Notes under the pieces: model-generated
Databases searched by the model: none
Seen by the model: only the letters and a program-made list of their open reading frames with translations
What the model was told of the DNA's origin: nothing
Origin: Gnetum montanum
Taxonomy: Eukaryota > Plantae > Gnetophyta
NCBI GenBank assembly: GCA_015680685.1
Contig: MNCI01001817.1
Coordinates: forward strand, 904,828 to 968,827
DNA: 64,000 bases
Direction of reading: 5' to 3'
Shown: positions 27,301 to 38,369 of the stretch, one piece after another
Layout of the letters: the number at the start of each line of letters is the position of its first letter
Numbering within the stretch: position 1 is the stretch's first letter
Program-made: the position numbers and the translations under genes

Positions 27301-27950
27301 GAGATAAGAACAAGATCACGTGGGAGCTGGTAGAGTAGCAGCTTCAGATGGATTTGCTCACTTAGAAGAACTAGGATTGGAAGAATTATAGCATGAAGGT
27401 TTATTAGTGGGGACAATAGTAGGAGAACCACAAGCATCAGTACAAGCATGAGCATGACACATACTTGTGATGGTACAAGGAAGAGTCTATTGAACATTGC
27501 TACCTTGAGATGTTTCTTGAGGCAACACATGAGAAGTAGGTGTATGACTTGTTCATGTAGTGTACGATTATGAGTGACTCTCCTGTGAGACAGATCGTCA
27601 CCCCCTTTGGAGAGGCCTCTTCTACTACCTTTTCCATGGGATCACCCACATGGACTTTGGCTAGGAAGATTGGATGCAACTTTCCAAGCTTGAGATCCTC
27701 TGCTACTTAGAGGTTGGCCTTGGAAAGTTACCTCTAGAACTCACCAATGTGAGACCCTCCTAGGTTAACACCTACTTAGTTTTATTTTTAGTTTTAGTTT
27801 TTATGTTTCTATTTAGCTCATGTAATGTATGCTTTCTTACTAATTATGCATGTTTGTTAATGGTTGTGGTAGGTACTAGGCGATGTTGCAGGCCCTAGTG
27901 ACTTGGTAGAGGAAGCAAAACCTCCACCCCTACTTGGTGATACTAGTTGA
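24335..27950 (+). pseudogene. Multi-exon accessory gene antisense to Tat-1, PMD-like central domain plus acidic and coiled-coil C-terminus
   Basis: Approximate exons 24335-24787, 24870-25097, 25235-26292, 26423-26623, 26759-26891, 26986-27763 and 27873-27950, with AG/GT borders and ctaat branch points; exon-by-exon homology to 31350-35077 (-); motifs LSEALFANLVGILVD and GKNFNWAAYIAIGLHAEI. Confidence 0.8.
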
Positions 27951-28109
27951 ACATGCCCAAATGTATCTTACATTGAAGTTTTTGCTACATTTTGCTATAT
28001 GATGCTATTTATAGGCTATGTATTGCTATTCATATTACATTTGTTATAGATGATTATTTACAAAGTGTAATGTATGAACTTTTATCTCTATATGATGATT
28101 TTATGTGAG

Positions 28110-28440
28110 TCTGGGCCATTGGAAGCCATAGCGATACTAGGCCATTGCAAGCCATAGCGAGTCTATTGTTAGTTTAAAGCCTTGATGGGCCCCATGGTAG
28201 TTTAAGGTCATAGTGGGAGGGTTGATGCTAGTTTTTGGCCTGTTGGCTTGAGGCAATAGTTTAAGGCCATTCTAGGTTGCATATTGCTAGTTTAAGCCAT
28301 TTCAGGCCAATGGTGATGGATAGTGATATTTTAAAGCCATTTTGGACCACGATGATAGTTTAGGGCCATTATAGGCCATGGATTACTAGTTTAAGGCCAT
28401 TCCAGGCCATGGAGATAGTTTAAGGCTATTCTAGGCCACA
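28110..28440. repeat. ~30-bp tandem array (tagtttaaggccattccaggcca) between the convergent ends of gag-PR and the accessory gene
   Basis: About 10 degenerate copies; shares the ctagttta core with the 18560-21170 array. Confidence 0.7.
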
Positions 28441-28715
28441 TGTATTGCTAACTCTTTTTTTGTAATTTTGGCTTTTATGATTTTTATGCCTTTTTATGTT
28501 TTTTATGCATTAAAGTAATAACTGCAGAAATGGAAACTAAGAGAGCGCATGCATAGACAAGGTAGATGCGTAAACTAAGCAATTAAACTAAATGCATATA
28601 ATATGCTACAATGCTAATGCAGCGTTGGTGGGAAGCAAAATGCAGGGTGCGTAGAAGTGAATAGCAGGTAGGCATCTAGTGCATTTTGAACTAAGGGATT
28701 ATGTTAGTCATAGAA

Positions 28716-30371
28716 TTACTTCCTAATCCAATGTGGGTTAGGGTGAATGTAGGGTCTAGATTGCACTATTTGGTATTCCCCTTGATCCTCGATTACTATG
28801 TCAAAGGGTAACTTTGCCCAAAGGGCATCCTCCAAGAGGTTGTTAGCTTCTATCGCTTTTTCAGGTGTGTCTACCTCATGTGTTTTGTCCTTTTCTGCAA
28901 ATGTGTCATCAGGAATCTCCACCTCCAACCCTTGCTCCATGTCTACATTGTTGATGGCTAAGGGGGTGGCGTTATCACCATGGATGATAACTTCACCACC
29001 TTCGTATGGGAGGTGGATATCTTGATGAATCAGAGAGGAGATAGCTCATAATTAGGCCAACCAAGGTCTACCTAATATTAAGTTAAAGCTTGGAATTTCC
29101 TCTATGACAATGAATTTAGTAGTGGTAGGAAATTACTCCCCTCTTATAAAAGCTATGGTTACATGCCGTTGACGACGAAACATGATCCATTGATTTGGTT
29201 TGTGAGGCCTAGCTTGTCCACAATGGTGTATGGTATTACATTTGTTGCTACCCCATCATTGACATGCACCCAATGAATCTTGCATTGCCTAACACGTATG
29301 GTGATAAACATTGGAGCTGTTATGACCTTGCCTTGCTTGGGATTGACCTTGATTGCCTCATTGTGCCAGGGACATGGCCCTCGATTCTAATGGCATAGGA
29401 GGCAACAACACTACATGGATGACATTCTCATCTACAGGGATGTCCTCCATGACAAGAATGGAGGTTAACATCCACACTAGTGCTTTGTCGTGGGTAGATG
29501 AAGTCAGGATTAGATCATACAGGCTTAATGTTATGTTCTTCTACTTCAGTGCTTGTTTGACTTGGGCTAATGCATCAACAAAGTCCTTGCCATTAGCTAT
29601 GTTTTTGCTGGCCTTGACTTCTTTCATGTGGCCTAAGAGACAAATCTCTTAAAAAGGTGAGTTAGGCTTTGTTTACCTAGTTTATTTAGGGGCCCCAGTG
29701 CTCCTTGATGGTTTGCTCATTGTAGCCTCTTAAGTTGTTTTGACCATAGGGATCATAGATATGAAAACTGATTTTGGTGGACCTAGCACTCTTTGGTCTT
29801 GATGTTGCCTAGCCATCTTGTTTGCGAGATGCTCATTAGGTCTCCTATGTTTCCACCTTGAGGGCTTGCTAGTGTTGCCAGCAAGGTTGTCGCTTGGAAA
29901 GGAAGGAACCAATGCGTTGGCCACTATTGGGTCTCAAGCAAGTGAGGGGCTAGCATGTTGTGGCACTTGAATAATGAAGGATGGCTAAACCGCTATTGTT
30001 GATGCAACTTGCAGGGGGACCCTAACTACGAAGGGCATTGTGGGTGCTTGAGGTGGCACTCTAACGATGAAAGGAGGCCTTGAACCCATGGGGGTCGAGG
30101 GGACCCTTGCACTACTAGAGGGCACCTAGATAACAAATGACTACTATACTAGTTCTAGGTTGTCATCAATGCTAATAGAGTTTATGACATAGCTAGTATC
30201 ATTTTCATTTAGAGGGTTGTTGTACACCCTCATAGACTAGTTTTGAGGCCTGACTAGATTTGCAATGTCAAGTACCAGCTCACCTCTATTGATCATCCTT
30301 TGTAGATTGTCCTACAAGGCTGGACAAAAGTTTGTGCTATGACTAGACAATTGGTGGTAATGGAAAAACTA
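28716..30371 (-). pseudogene. Tat-1 gag C-terminus and aspartic protease, ending in a stop
   Basis: YHQLSSHSTNFCPAL (zinc knuckle-like), YDLILTSSTHDKAL, VHVNDGVATNVIP, FNLILGRPWL, HQDIHLPYEGGEVIIHGD, and terminal QSRPYIHPNPHWIRK*. Confidence 0.85.
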
Positions 30372-30689
30372 TCCATCCACCAAGAAATTCACCTACCTTA
30401 CAAGGGAGGTGAGATAGTCATCCATGGTGATAGTGTGATTCCTTTGATTGTCAACAACATTGACATAGAACAAGGATCTGAAGTGGAGTTTTAGGAAGAA
30501 ACTACTACTACTAACCATGAAGTTAAGAAACCTAATAAAGCACAAGATGCCAAAACCAATAATGATGGATCCATGGATGCACCATGAGAGGAGCTCCCCT
30601 TCAACATGGTTAGTGAAGAAAATAAAGAGTACAAAATTATGCAAAGTAGATCATATATCTTCCCTAATCTTTCAAAGATTAGAAGATAA
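30372..30689 (+). pseudogene. Tat-2 protease C-terminal tail
   Basis: SIHQEIHLPYKGGEIVIHGD...ELPFNMVSEENKEYKIMQSRSYIFPNLSKIRR* matches Tat-1 KLPFDIVIEDQGEYQIVQSRPYIHPNPHWIRK*. Confidence 0.85.
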
Positions 30690-31349
30690 TTGCACAATTG
30701 AAGTGCACCACCAATTTGCTTGCCCTTGCATCTATGACCTTTAACCTTCTTTTCCTATAGCCTTCTTACCCTAGTTGAAACGTTATTTTCATATACCATT
30801 TTGCTTTACTTGGTTTTACATTATTTTAACTTTGGTTTATTTTTGTTTATCATTTACCTTTATGCCTTGTCTATTTTAGAAAATAAAACATAAAAATACC
30901 TTAAAAAGTTAAAACCTGAATACTCATAGAAATTCTAAAACATAAAAAATTGATAAAAACTTTTCTTTTCAAATCATAGGACTTACCATGGCCTAAAACT
31001 GGCAAACCCCTTATTACCATTTACAACCTAGTTTACATTATATCTACCTAGTCAATTTTATTGTTTATGACATTATGACTGCAAGATTTAACCAACGTAG
31101 CCTTATAACATGAAAAAAATGTAAAACACATAACATGAGTGAAACATTAAGCATCAAAACATTAAGGATCAAAGCATATAAATGAAATTTAAATTTAAAA
31201 ATAATAATTGTCTAAATGTTTATCACATGTGAAAAAATTTTAAATAATACATAAAATAATAAACCATCTTTCAAACATCCATGACTAACTCTAGCCACAA
31301 CAACATTAATAGCAAATGAAATAACGAAAGACATAGCCAAATAAAGGTG

Positions 31350-34300
31350 CTAAGATGCAACTAGAGGGGGTTGAGCAACATCTCCAATGTCATCACTCTT
31401 GGGGTCACTGGTGTTGCTTGGTCCCTATACCATAATAGCATGTGTCTAATCAATTAATCAATAATCAACACATCAAACCAAAAAATAAAATAAGCAAACA
31501 TAGGAGGGCTTTGGTACAACATCCTCTACTGGGAGTCTTTGAATGCCAACCTTCAAAGGATGGAGGATTTGGTCCTCGATCATGTGGGCCTAGTCAACCT
31601 CCCCATGATTAATACCTATCAGGATGCTACTCTCATTGATCTCAGTCAATGTTGTTGGCTTCCATGAAAACATAGTGGTAGTCACCTCCCTAGAAGTAGT
31701 AGAGACCTAAGATGATGGAAAATTAGCCACTGTTAGAGAGCCTTCAAATAGTTTGAATACACTCTTTGCTTGAATCTCCTTCATGAACAACTCTAACTTG
31801 TGCTATTCGATGGACTCCTCTTTCAACCACTTGAGATAGGTTTCATGTTCAACCTTATACTTCTTTTTGTGGTCTCATTGTGCATAGCCCCACTCTAGGA
31901 TCTAGGCACAATAGTCTCTTCAATCCCTAGTCTTACACACCAATAAGTCCATTTTTAGTTTCTACTCAGTAACCTCTCTAGCAAGGGCAAACTTTCCATG
32001 AATGGCATTCTAGTACCATGCCCATTCGATCTCTTTAGTTCATAAGGAACTTAAATTGGTCACTTGGGCCTTCTTAAATTCCTTGTGATCTTTGAAATCT
32101 CTATTTGGATCAACCAGCTTCTTGGTTTCCCTTTCCAACACTACAACTCATTCCCATAGGAACTCATTGAAAAGTTGGATGTCCATTTAGTGACACTTTC
32201 ATACAAATTTCATGAAACATGCTCTACATTCGAGGGCAAGATGGGTAGTGCACCAATCTCAACAAGGCGACTAGGATTCCTTCTAATTTTAGACATTGGA
32301 AATAATACAAAAAGGCATATCAAAAAATAATAAATGATCAAATAACCAAGAAATAATGAAAAACAAGATAACTAAAATAATACAACTACAAAAATCATAG
32401 AAGAAAACTAAAAGTGCAAGATAAGCTAAGTTCTTATGAACATCAGGAGTAATTTGTTGCAACCAATCGATCATGTCTTCAGCCATCCCATGCATGAATT
32501 CCCTCTTATCAAGAGTGTTCACCCATGGCTTCATGTGAAATGTGGAGATTGAATTATTAGGCAAAGGCTCAGTAACTACCATAAGCATAACAATTAACTA
32601 ACGATTAAGACCAAGCTTAGACATAAAACAACAAAACTCAAACATATGAAACAAAATGCATATATACCTAGAGTATTATTTGAAATGATAGTAGGGGGTT
32701 CACCTAACCATGAGGGGTCAAATATGGCATCAAATCCATCCAATGCAACATTGGATAATCCCTCATCTTCATGACGTTACAAAAGCTCCTCCTCTAGGCA
32801 TTTTTGCTCTACCTTTGTTGCTACTACTTAGGTTGCGAATTCTTGTTGTTTGCCTACAAGAACAATAAGAACAAAATGTAAAATAACTTAGCACACTTTT
32901 CCTAAAACAAAATAATAGCATAACCAAAAAACATAAAAAATGTAAAACAAAAAATGACTGAAAAAAATTAAACAAACTAAAACTTGCCTACAACTATGGT
33001 ACATGCTTGGTTGAGTCTAAGAATAGACCTCCTCTTGGAAGGTTGCTCAATCACTAGTGTTGCTTCCTCAACCATGTACCTCTTTAGTTTTTCTCTAGCT
33101 AAACCTTTAGCTTTAGCATGTAATTTCTTAGTCTTTTCAAGATTCCCATGCTCAACCTAGGGCTCAATCCCCATGCTATCAAGGAAAGCACAACACCTAC
33201 CACTAAGTTCCTTAGTGGTAACAAATAGAAACTCCTTGACATCCTTTGGTGGATTCTGAGCCTGCATGGTGGGAAAAACATGTTTCACCCAAGGCCTAGA
33301 GAGTTGGGATTGATCTTGACTTACCCATTACCCATCCTCCCTCACCATTAGAAACTTTGCAAACCTCCTTAGATATGCTACAAAAAATACATAGTACATG
33401 TGGCATTTTGTCATTAGGTTGTTCTAGAGTTTTAGGATCTCCCCACGTAGCCCAAAAGCCAAATGAGTAGCTCCATTAAATTGATCACCCTTTGAAAGGA
33501 CCTTCTTCATGATCCATGCTTATTTAATGCCCATGATTTTTTCCTCTGACAATAGCTTAGAGAATTCTTGGGAGTGGAATAAGGGATATGTCTCTTTAGC
33601 CTTTGCAACCCAAAACTAGTTAAGATACAGCCCCTTGTGTCCATGACAAAACTAATCTTTCACTTCCTCCTAATGGTAAACTTCTTTCCTTGATTTGGTA
33701 ACAATCTTCAAGCCCTCACAAGGAATGCCAAAGAGGTCATTGAAGGTGGATTCATTGATGGCCAGGATGATAGGCATACCATGAACCCTAGTGATGAATT
33801 TCTTCATCCCTTTGTTAAAGGAATTGATGATGTTCACCATCTTAGGGGTAGGGATGGTTGGGCTAGGTGCCATGAAAAGATAAAGTAAATCTATGTTGGT
33901 GATGTTTTCTTGGATATTTCTAGGCATCCTACTAGCCAACCACTACTACACTAAATCCACATCACCATACTTGAGAGGATAAGAGTCTCCTTAGAGCATC
34001 TTGAAATGACTAGTGTGATGGTGGAGGAGGAGGTAGCCCCTACAATATAACAAGAGGCCAATTATCTTAGGCATAGGCACATCGCATAAAACCAAAATAT
34101 AACAAGTATACCCAATTAAAGACAAATCTATCACCATACCATTAAAACCATTTAAACACTTACAACTTAGATAACCTATGACTATGTAACCATGAAAATG
34201 TTGACATAGCATCAAGATAAAATGTAACAAAGGAATAAAAAGAAATCAAATTCTTACTTTTCCTATCAAATGAAGGCAATGTGGGGACACTAAGGGAGAT

Positions 34301-35077
34301 ATGAATATTCGTACCAAAATCAGAGATGCTCCACCAACTATGGGTTGTCCCATTTACCAAGCACCTATGGTAGGCTTTGGCATGGAGTGTGGTATATCTA
34401 CCAAGGTTACCTTTGAGTTTCTGCATCAAAGTAAGCCTTACCACTTGGCCTTTGGTAAATGTATCCAATAGTGTTTAGGCTAAAGGTAAGAGTTGGTCAC
34501 TCTTGATTAGCCCATGGTCATGAACCTTGTACCTACAAGTGTAAAAAAATAACAAAAAAACATTAAAAACCAAAATAACCTAAGAAAACCAAAGGCAAAT
34601 CAAGAACAACTTAATTTTACACTTACCCCTCTAAATGGTAGACGGTGCTAAGAGGGTTCTGAAACAATGTGTTGACATAGTGATTGACATGCAATGCATT
34701 ATTAGCATTATATTAGAGGAACTCAAGCATGTCCCAAATCTTGCACAATTTACATGTTCCCCCAGTATACTTGTTATCATGTTTCTCTCCCTCAACACGA
34801 GTCTCAGGATCATCAACAATGAAGTTGATGATCATACATGTAGAGTGGGGTAGTAGGATCTCCACAATTACCAATGTTGTCTCTAAAGCAAATGTGACCA
34901 CACCATCACACTAAAGTTTTGGAGAAGGCAGGCTAGGAATTCCTTTGTCCTAGACTGAAACCATAAGAATCCATGCTCCAAGACCATGTTTACAGGTGGG
35001 GTGCTGGGCCTTGATGTGTGAATGTAGCAAAGGATGTCCACTAGTTCAATGCCAACTAGGATTGGTTTTAGAAAGGC
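31350..35077 (-). pseudogene. Multi-exon accessory gene antisense to Tat-2 (paralog of 24335-27950); extra 5' exons possible up to ~36010
   Basis: ORF fragments 34883-35095, 34713-34901, 34160-34468, 33670-33939 and 32289-32588 align with the Tat-1 exons; conserved donor after VYHLEG / VYYVRG. Confidence 0.8.
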
Positions 35078-37159
35078 CTTGCACAACAAAAACAACCACT
35101 AAAATCATAAATGATCATAACCAAAAAATGAACAACTATTAGACAACCAAACTTATTACAATCTTAATTTTAACATTCTCACTCAAGCCAAATAATAAAA
35201 TTCATAATTTACAACACTTATAACCAAAACAAGATGATAAAAAAAATTATGGCCGATTTGCACATAAAAAATCAAAAAAGAACCAAGTAGTCAACCAACA
35301 ACCGATAGCAATTCCATGGTGAAATATGCATAGAAATTTATAAAAGTTTTTATGTAGAAACATTAATGCCATGAAAAATAGCTTGTACCTACTACAATAG
35401 CCACAAAAATCCAAATAGAATTTTTCAAAATATGTACTAGAAATCCCAGTTAATATTGAAATTAACTATAGTAAAAACTCTAGGGGACTATTTAAAAAAT
35501 TTTGGAAAATTAAAGCAATTGCTAAAAGCTAAAATAAAACATGTAAATGACATCAAGAATCTTTAATCATAACCACAAAAAAATGCAAGAAGCACACCAA
35601 TGCTACCTATACATCCAATGATGTTTGTAGTTTTAACAATTAAAATTGCAACTATACAAGGTAGTTTACACATGAATAAAAATGACAATTTAGAATTAAA
35701 TTTTTTTTTCTAAGTTTAGGGACTGAGTATGCATAAAATTTAATAAAATTTGACATCTATGCTACAGTTTGAAACCTAGAAAAAGTTTTCACAACAACCC
35801 AAGACCATAATGAAATTTAACAAAAAATTGCATAGCAACACAAAACTGTAGAAAATGGCTGTAGTGAATTACTAATAAAAAAATATGAAAATTTTTAAAA
35901 ATTTCTAAAACCAATGCCAATCCCTCCCTAACACCTTTGAGAATTCTCAGGAACCTAGGATGTTGGTTGAAAAAATTCTTCAAAGTATCAATGTTGCCCA
36001 TCTTCATAGGGGTAAAACCATGAAAACCAAAAATTTCATTGCATGCCAATCTACAAAAAAAATTGTAGAAAATCAGCTGTAAACTAGAATTCAATGATTC
36101 CATAGCCATTTGAACCAAAATAAAATAAAATAAAAATCCAAAACCTAAAAAATCAAAAATCAGTCATTTTTGCATAAAAAATAGGGAAAGTAACATGAAA
36201 AATAGCAAAAATTGCAAAAAACCCATGAGTACTAGCTTATAGAAAAATTCATAGAAAATTCACTGTAAGTCAAAATCTAGTGGTTCAACCACCATTTTGA
36301 GAATTGAACATCATATTACAACCTGATGATAACAAACACTAAAACATCATAGCCGTTTTCATACAAACAAAATACAAAATTGGTGTTTCTTTTTGGTGGG
36401 AAAAGCACAAAAAACACATAGAAAAGGCTACAATAAAATTTATAACTTTGGCATAGACCAATCCCAAAAATAGATAAACATCAAAATCCCATAAACATGG
36501 CCTATATATAACATAGGAATTTTACAAAATTCAATTTTCATCAACACACAAGCCTACACAAGCAAAAATGCCTAGGATTCTAACAAAAGTTCTTAGGAAA
36601 TGAGAAAGAATTGTGTACCTAAGAGTCATGGTGAAAGATCCTTCTCCTAGAAAAGGCCATAGTAGATTGGAGAGTCCTCTTGTAGCTATTTCATCCTCCT
36701 CCAAGGTTGGATTCTTTCTTGTTGAAGTTATCCTCTTCGACATCTTGAACGAATAATGCCAAAATATCCAAAATCTCCAAGCTTCTAGAACTCCTCCAAC
36801 AATTGTGCTTGCTCCTTGGTGTGGGATGGCTAGACTGCAATGAAGATAGGTGTAGTTGAAGCCAAAAATAGGATTAGAGATACGATACTATGCATCGTAG
36901 GTTGGAGGTGATGTGAGAAGTTTGATTTATGCAAAATTGTAATGTGGGAATCAATCCCAAACTTATGTGTTAACCACCAAAACCCTGGTTTTCCAAAACA
37001 CTCACACATGTTCCACATAACTCCATAATCATAATTAAAAGGTAGGAATATGCTAGGTTGGTGGAAAAATAATTCATTTAACAATTCAAGATTGAGGTGG
37101 GCCTTACCAGGTTCCTCTCTAACAAGCTAATAAAAAATCCTCAGATTTTTGCTTCTCCA

Positions 37160-38360
37160 TGGTAACTATGCTAGGGTTCAAGATCCTAAAATCCTTGGAA
37201 TGGATTCTAAACTCCAACCATTGCTAGAACACACCTCCTAGGAAATAATCCATGCCATGTTTAAACCTAAAATCCTCATGCCCAAAATTAGTAACCAGGT
37301 GATGACATTTGAAATCATTGTACACCAAGGAAAGCTAAAAATCACATCAAACCTAGCTATTTTTGGTAACTATGTTAACTAGTAGCTTGACTACGCTATC
37401 TAGCATAGTCCTAATAGGGAATATTCCTTCCACCACTAACTAGACTCCTGATTAACTTTGGAATGATCACACCATGTACTAAACCCTAGCCAAAGTCTTC
37501 GACAACTTTGCAACTTTACAAGAATAGTCAAAAGGCACCAAAAACCATCTATCTTACATGGACTATGTTGGAAACACCTCAACTATGCTAGCCAATGTAG
37601 TCCTAGAGTATTTGAGAGAACCTTGATAATTCAATACTCCAAGTGACCTTCAAGCTGACATTTCTTGACAATCACATCCTCCTAGAGTTTTTGGTGGCTT
37701 TCAAATGATAAAAAATTGATCAAGGACAAGTCAATTCCTTTCCCAACCTCGATACTACATTGAGAGTAGGTTCAACTATGCTGGCAAGTATAGTCCTAAT
37801 GTATTTGGGTAGAAGATGAAGACCAAAAGCTAGAAATAACATCTAGAATGACACACTCTAACCCCAAAGTCTCTGATAAGTGTAAGATGCAAAATAACCA
37901 AGAAAAACCAAAATAAATCCTACCTCCATCTTTACACTACCTTGGAGATATTTAGGACTACATTGGTAAACATAGTCCTAGCATAGTTAGATGAGGGTGG
38001 ATCACCAAAAATAAGAAACAACCTTTAGATCAACATATCTTGGCCTTGACACTCCCTTAGAGTCTCTGGTGATCCTATAATAGTAAAATGTGGAGCAAAA
38101 ACAAGCTAAATCCCATTTTCACCTTGAAACTACATTGGGGATCATCCTAACTATGTTGGCTAGTGTAGTTCCATTGTAGTTGGTTGAGGATGGAACACCA
38201 AATGTCAAAAGTGACCTTCAAAGTATCATATCCTAGCCTTCACACCTTCTCGAGATCTCTAATGATCTTAAGTTGTTGAAAAGTGGGACCAAAGTTAGTT
38301 AAAACACTCCTAAGATTGTAGACTACATTGGGAAATCCTTGGACTATGCTTGCTAGCACA
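37160..38360. repeat. Internal motif array, ~190-bp units, each with two direct and one inverted ACTACG(T/C)TGG
   Basis: Example: gactatgttggaaacacctcaactatgctagccaatgtagtcc; units near 37368, 37561, 37753, 37935, 38128 and 38321. Confidence 0.8.
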
Positions 38361-38369
38361 ACAAGTGAA

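Larger units (their letters stand above)
15769..30371 (-). mobile_element. Tat/Ogre-lineage Gypsy element Tat-1: gag-PR, accessory cassette, INT, repeat array, 3' LTR; RT/RH absent, 5' truncated
   Basis: Tat-type gag, PR and INT translations; LTR end tgtaaggatcaaaaatgtc is homologous to solo LTR 18756; the same motif occurs in the LTR and the internal region. Confidence 0.75.
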
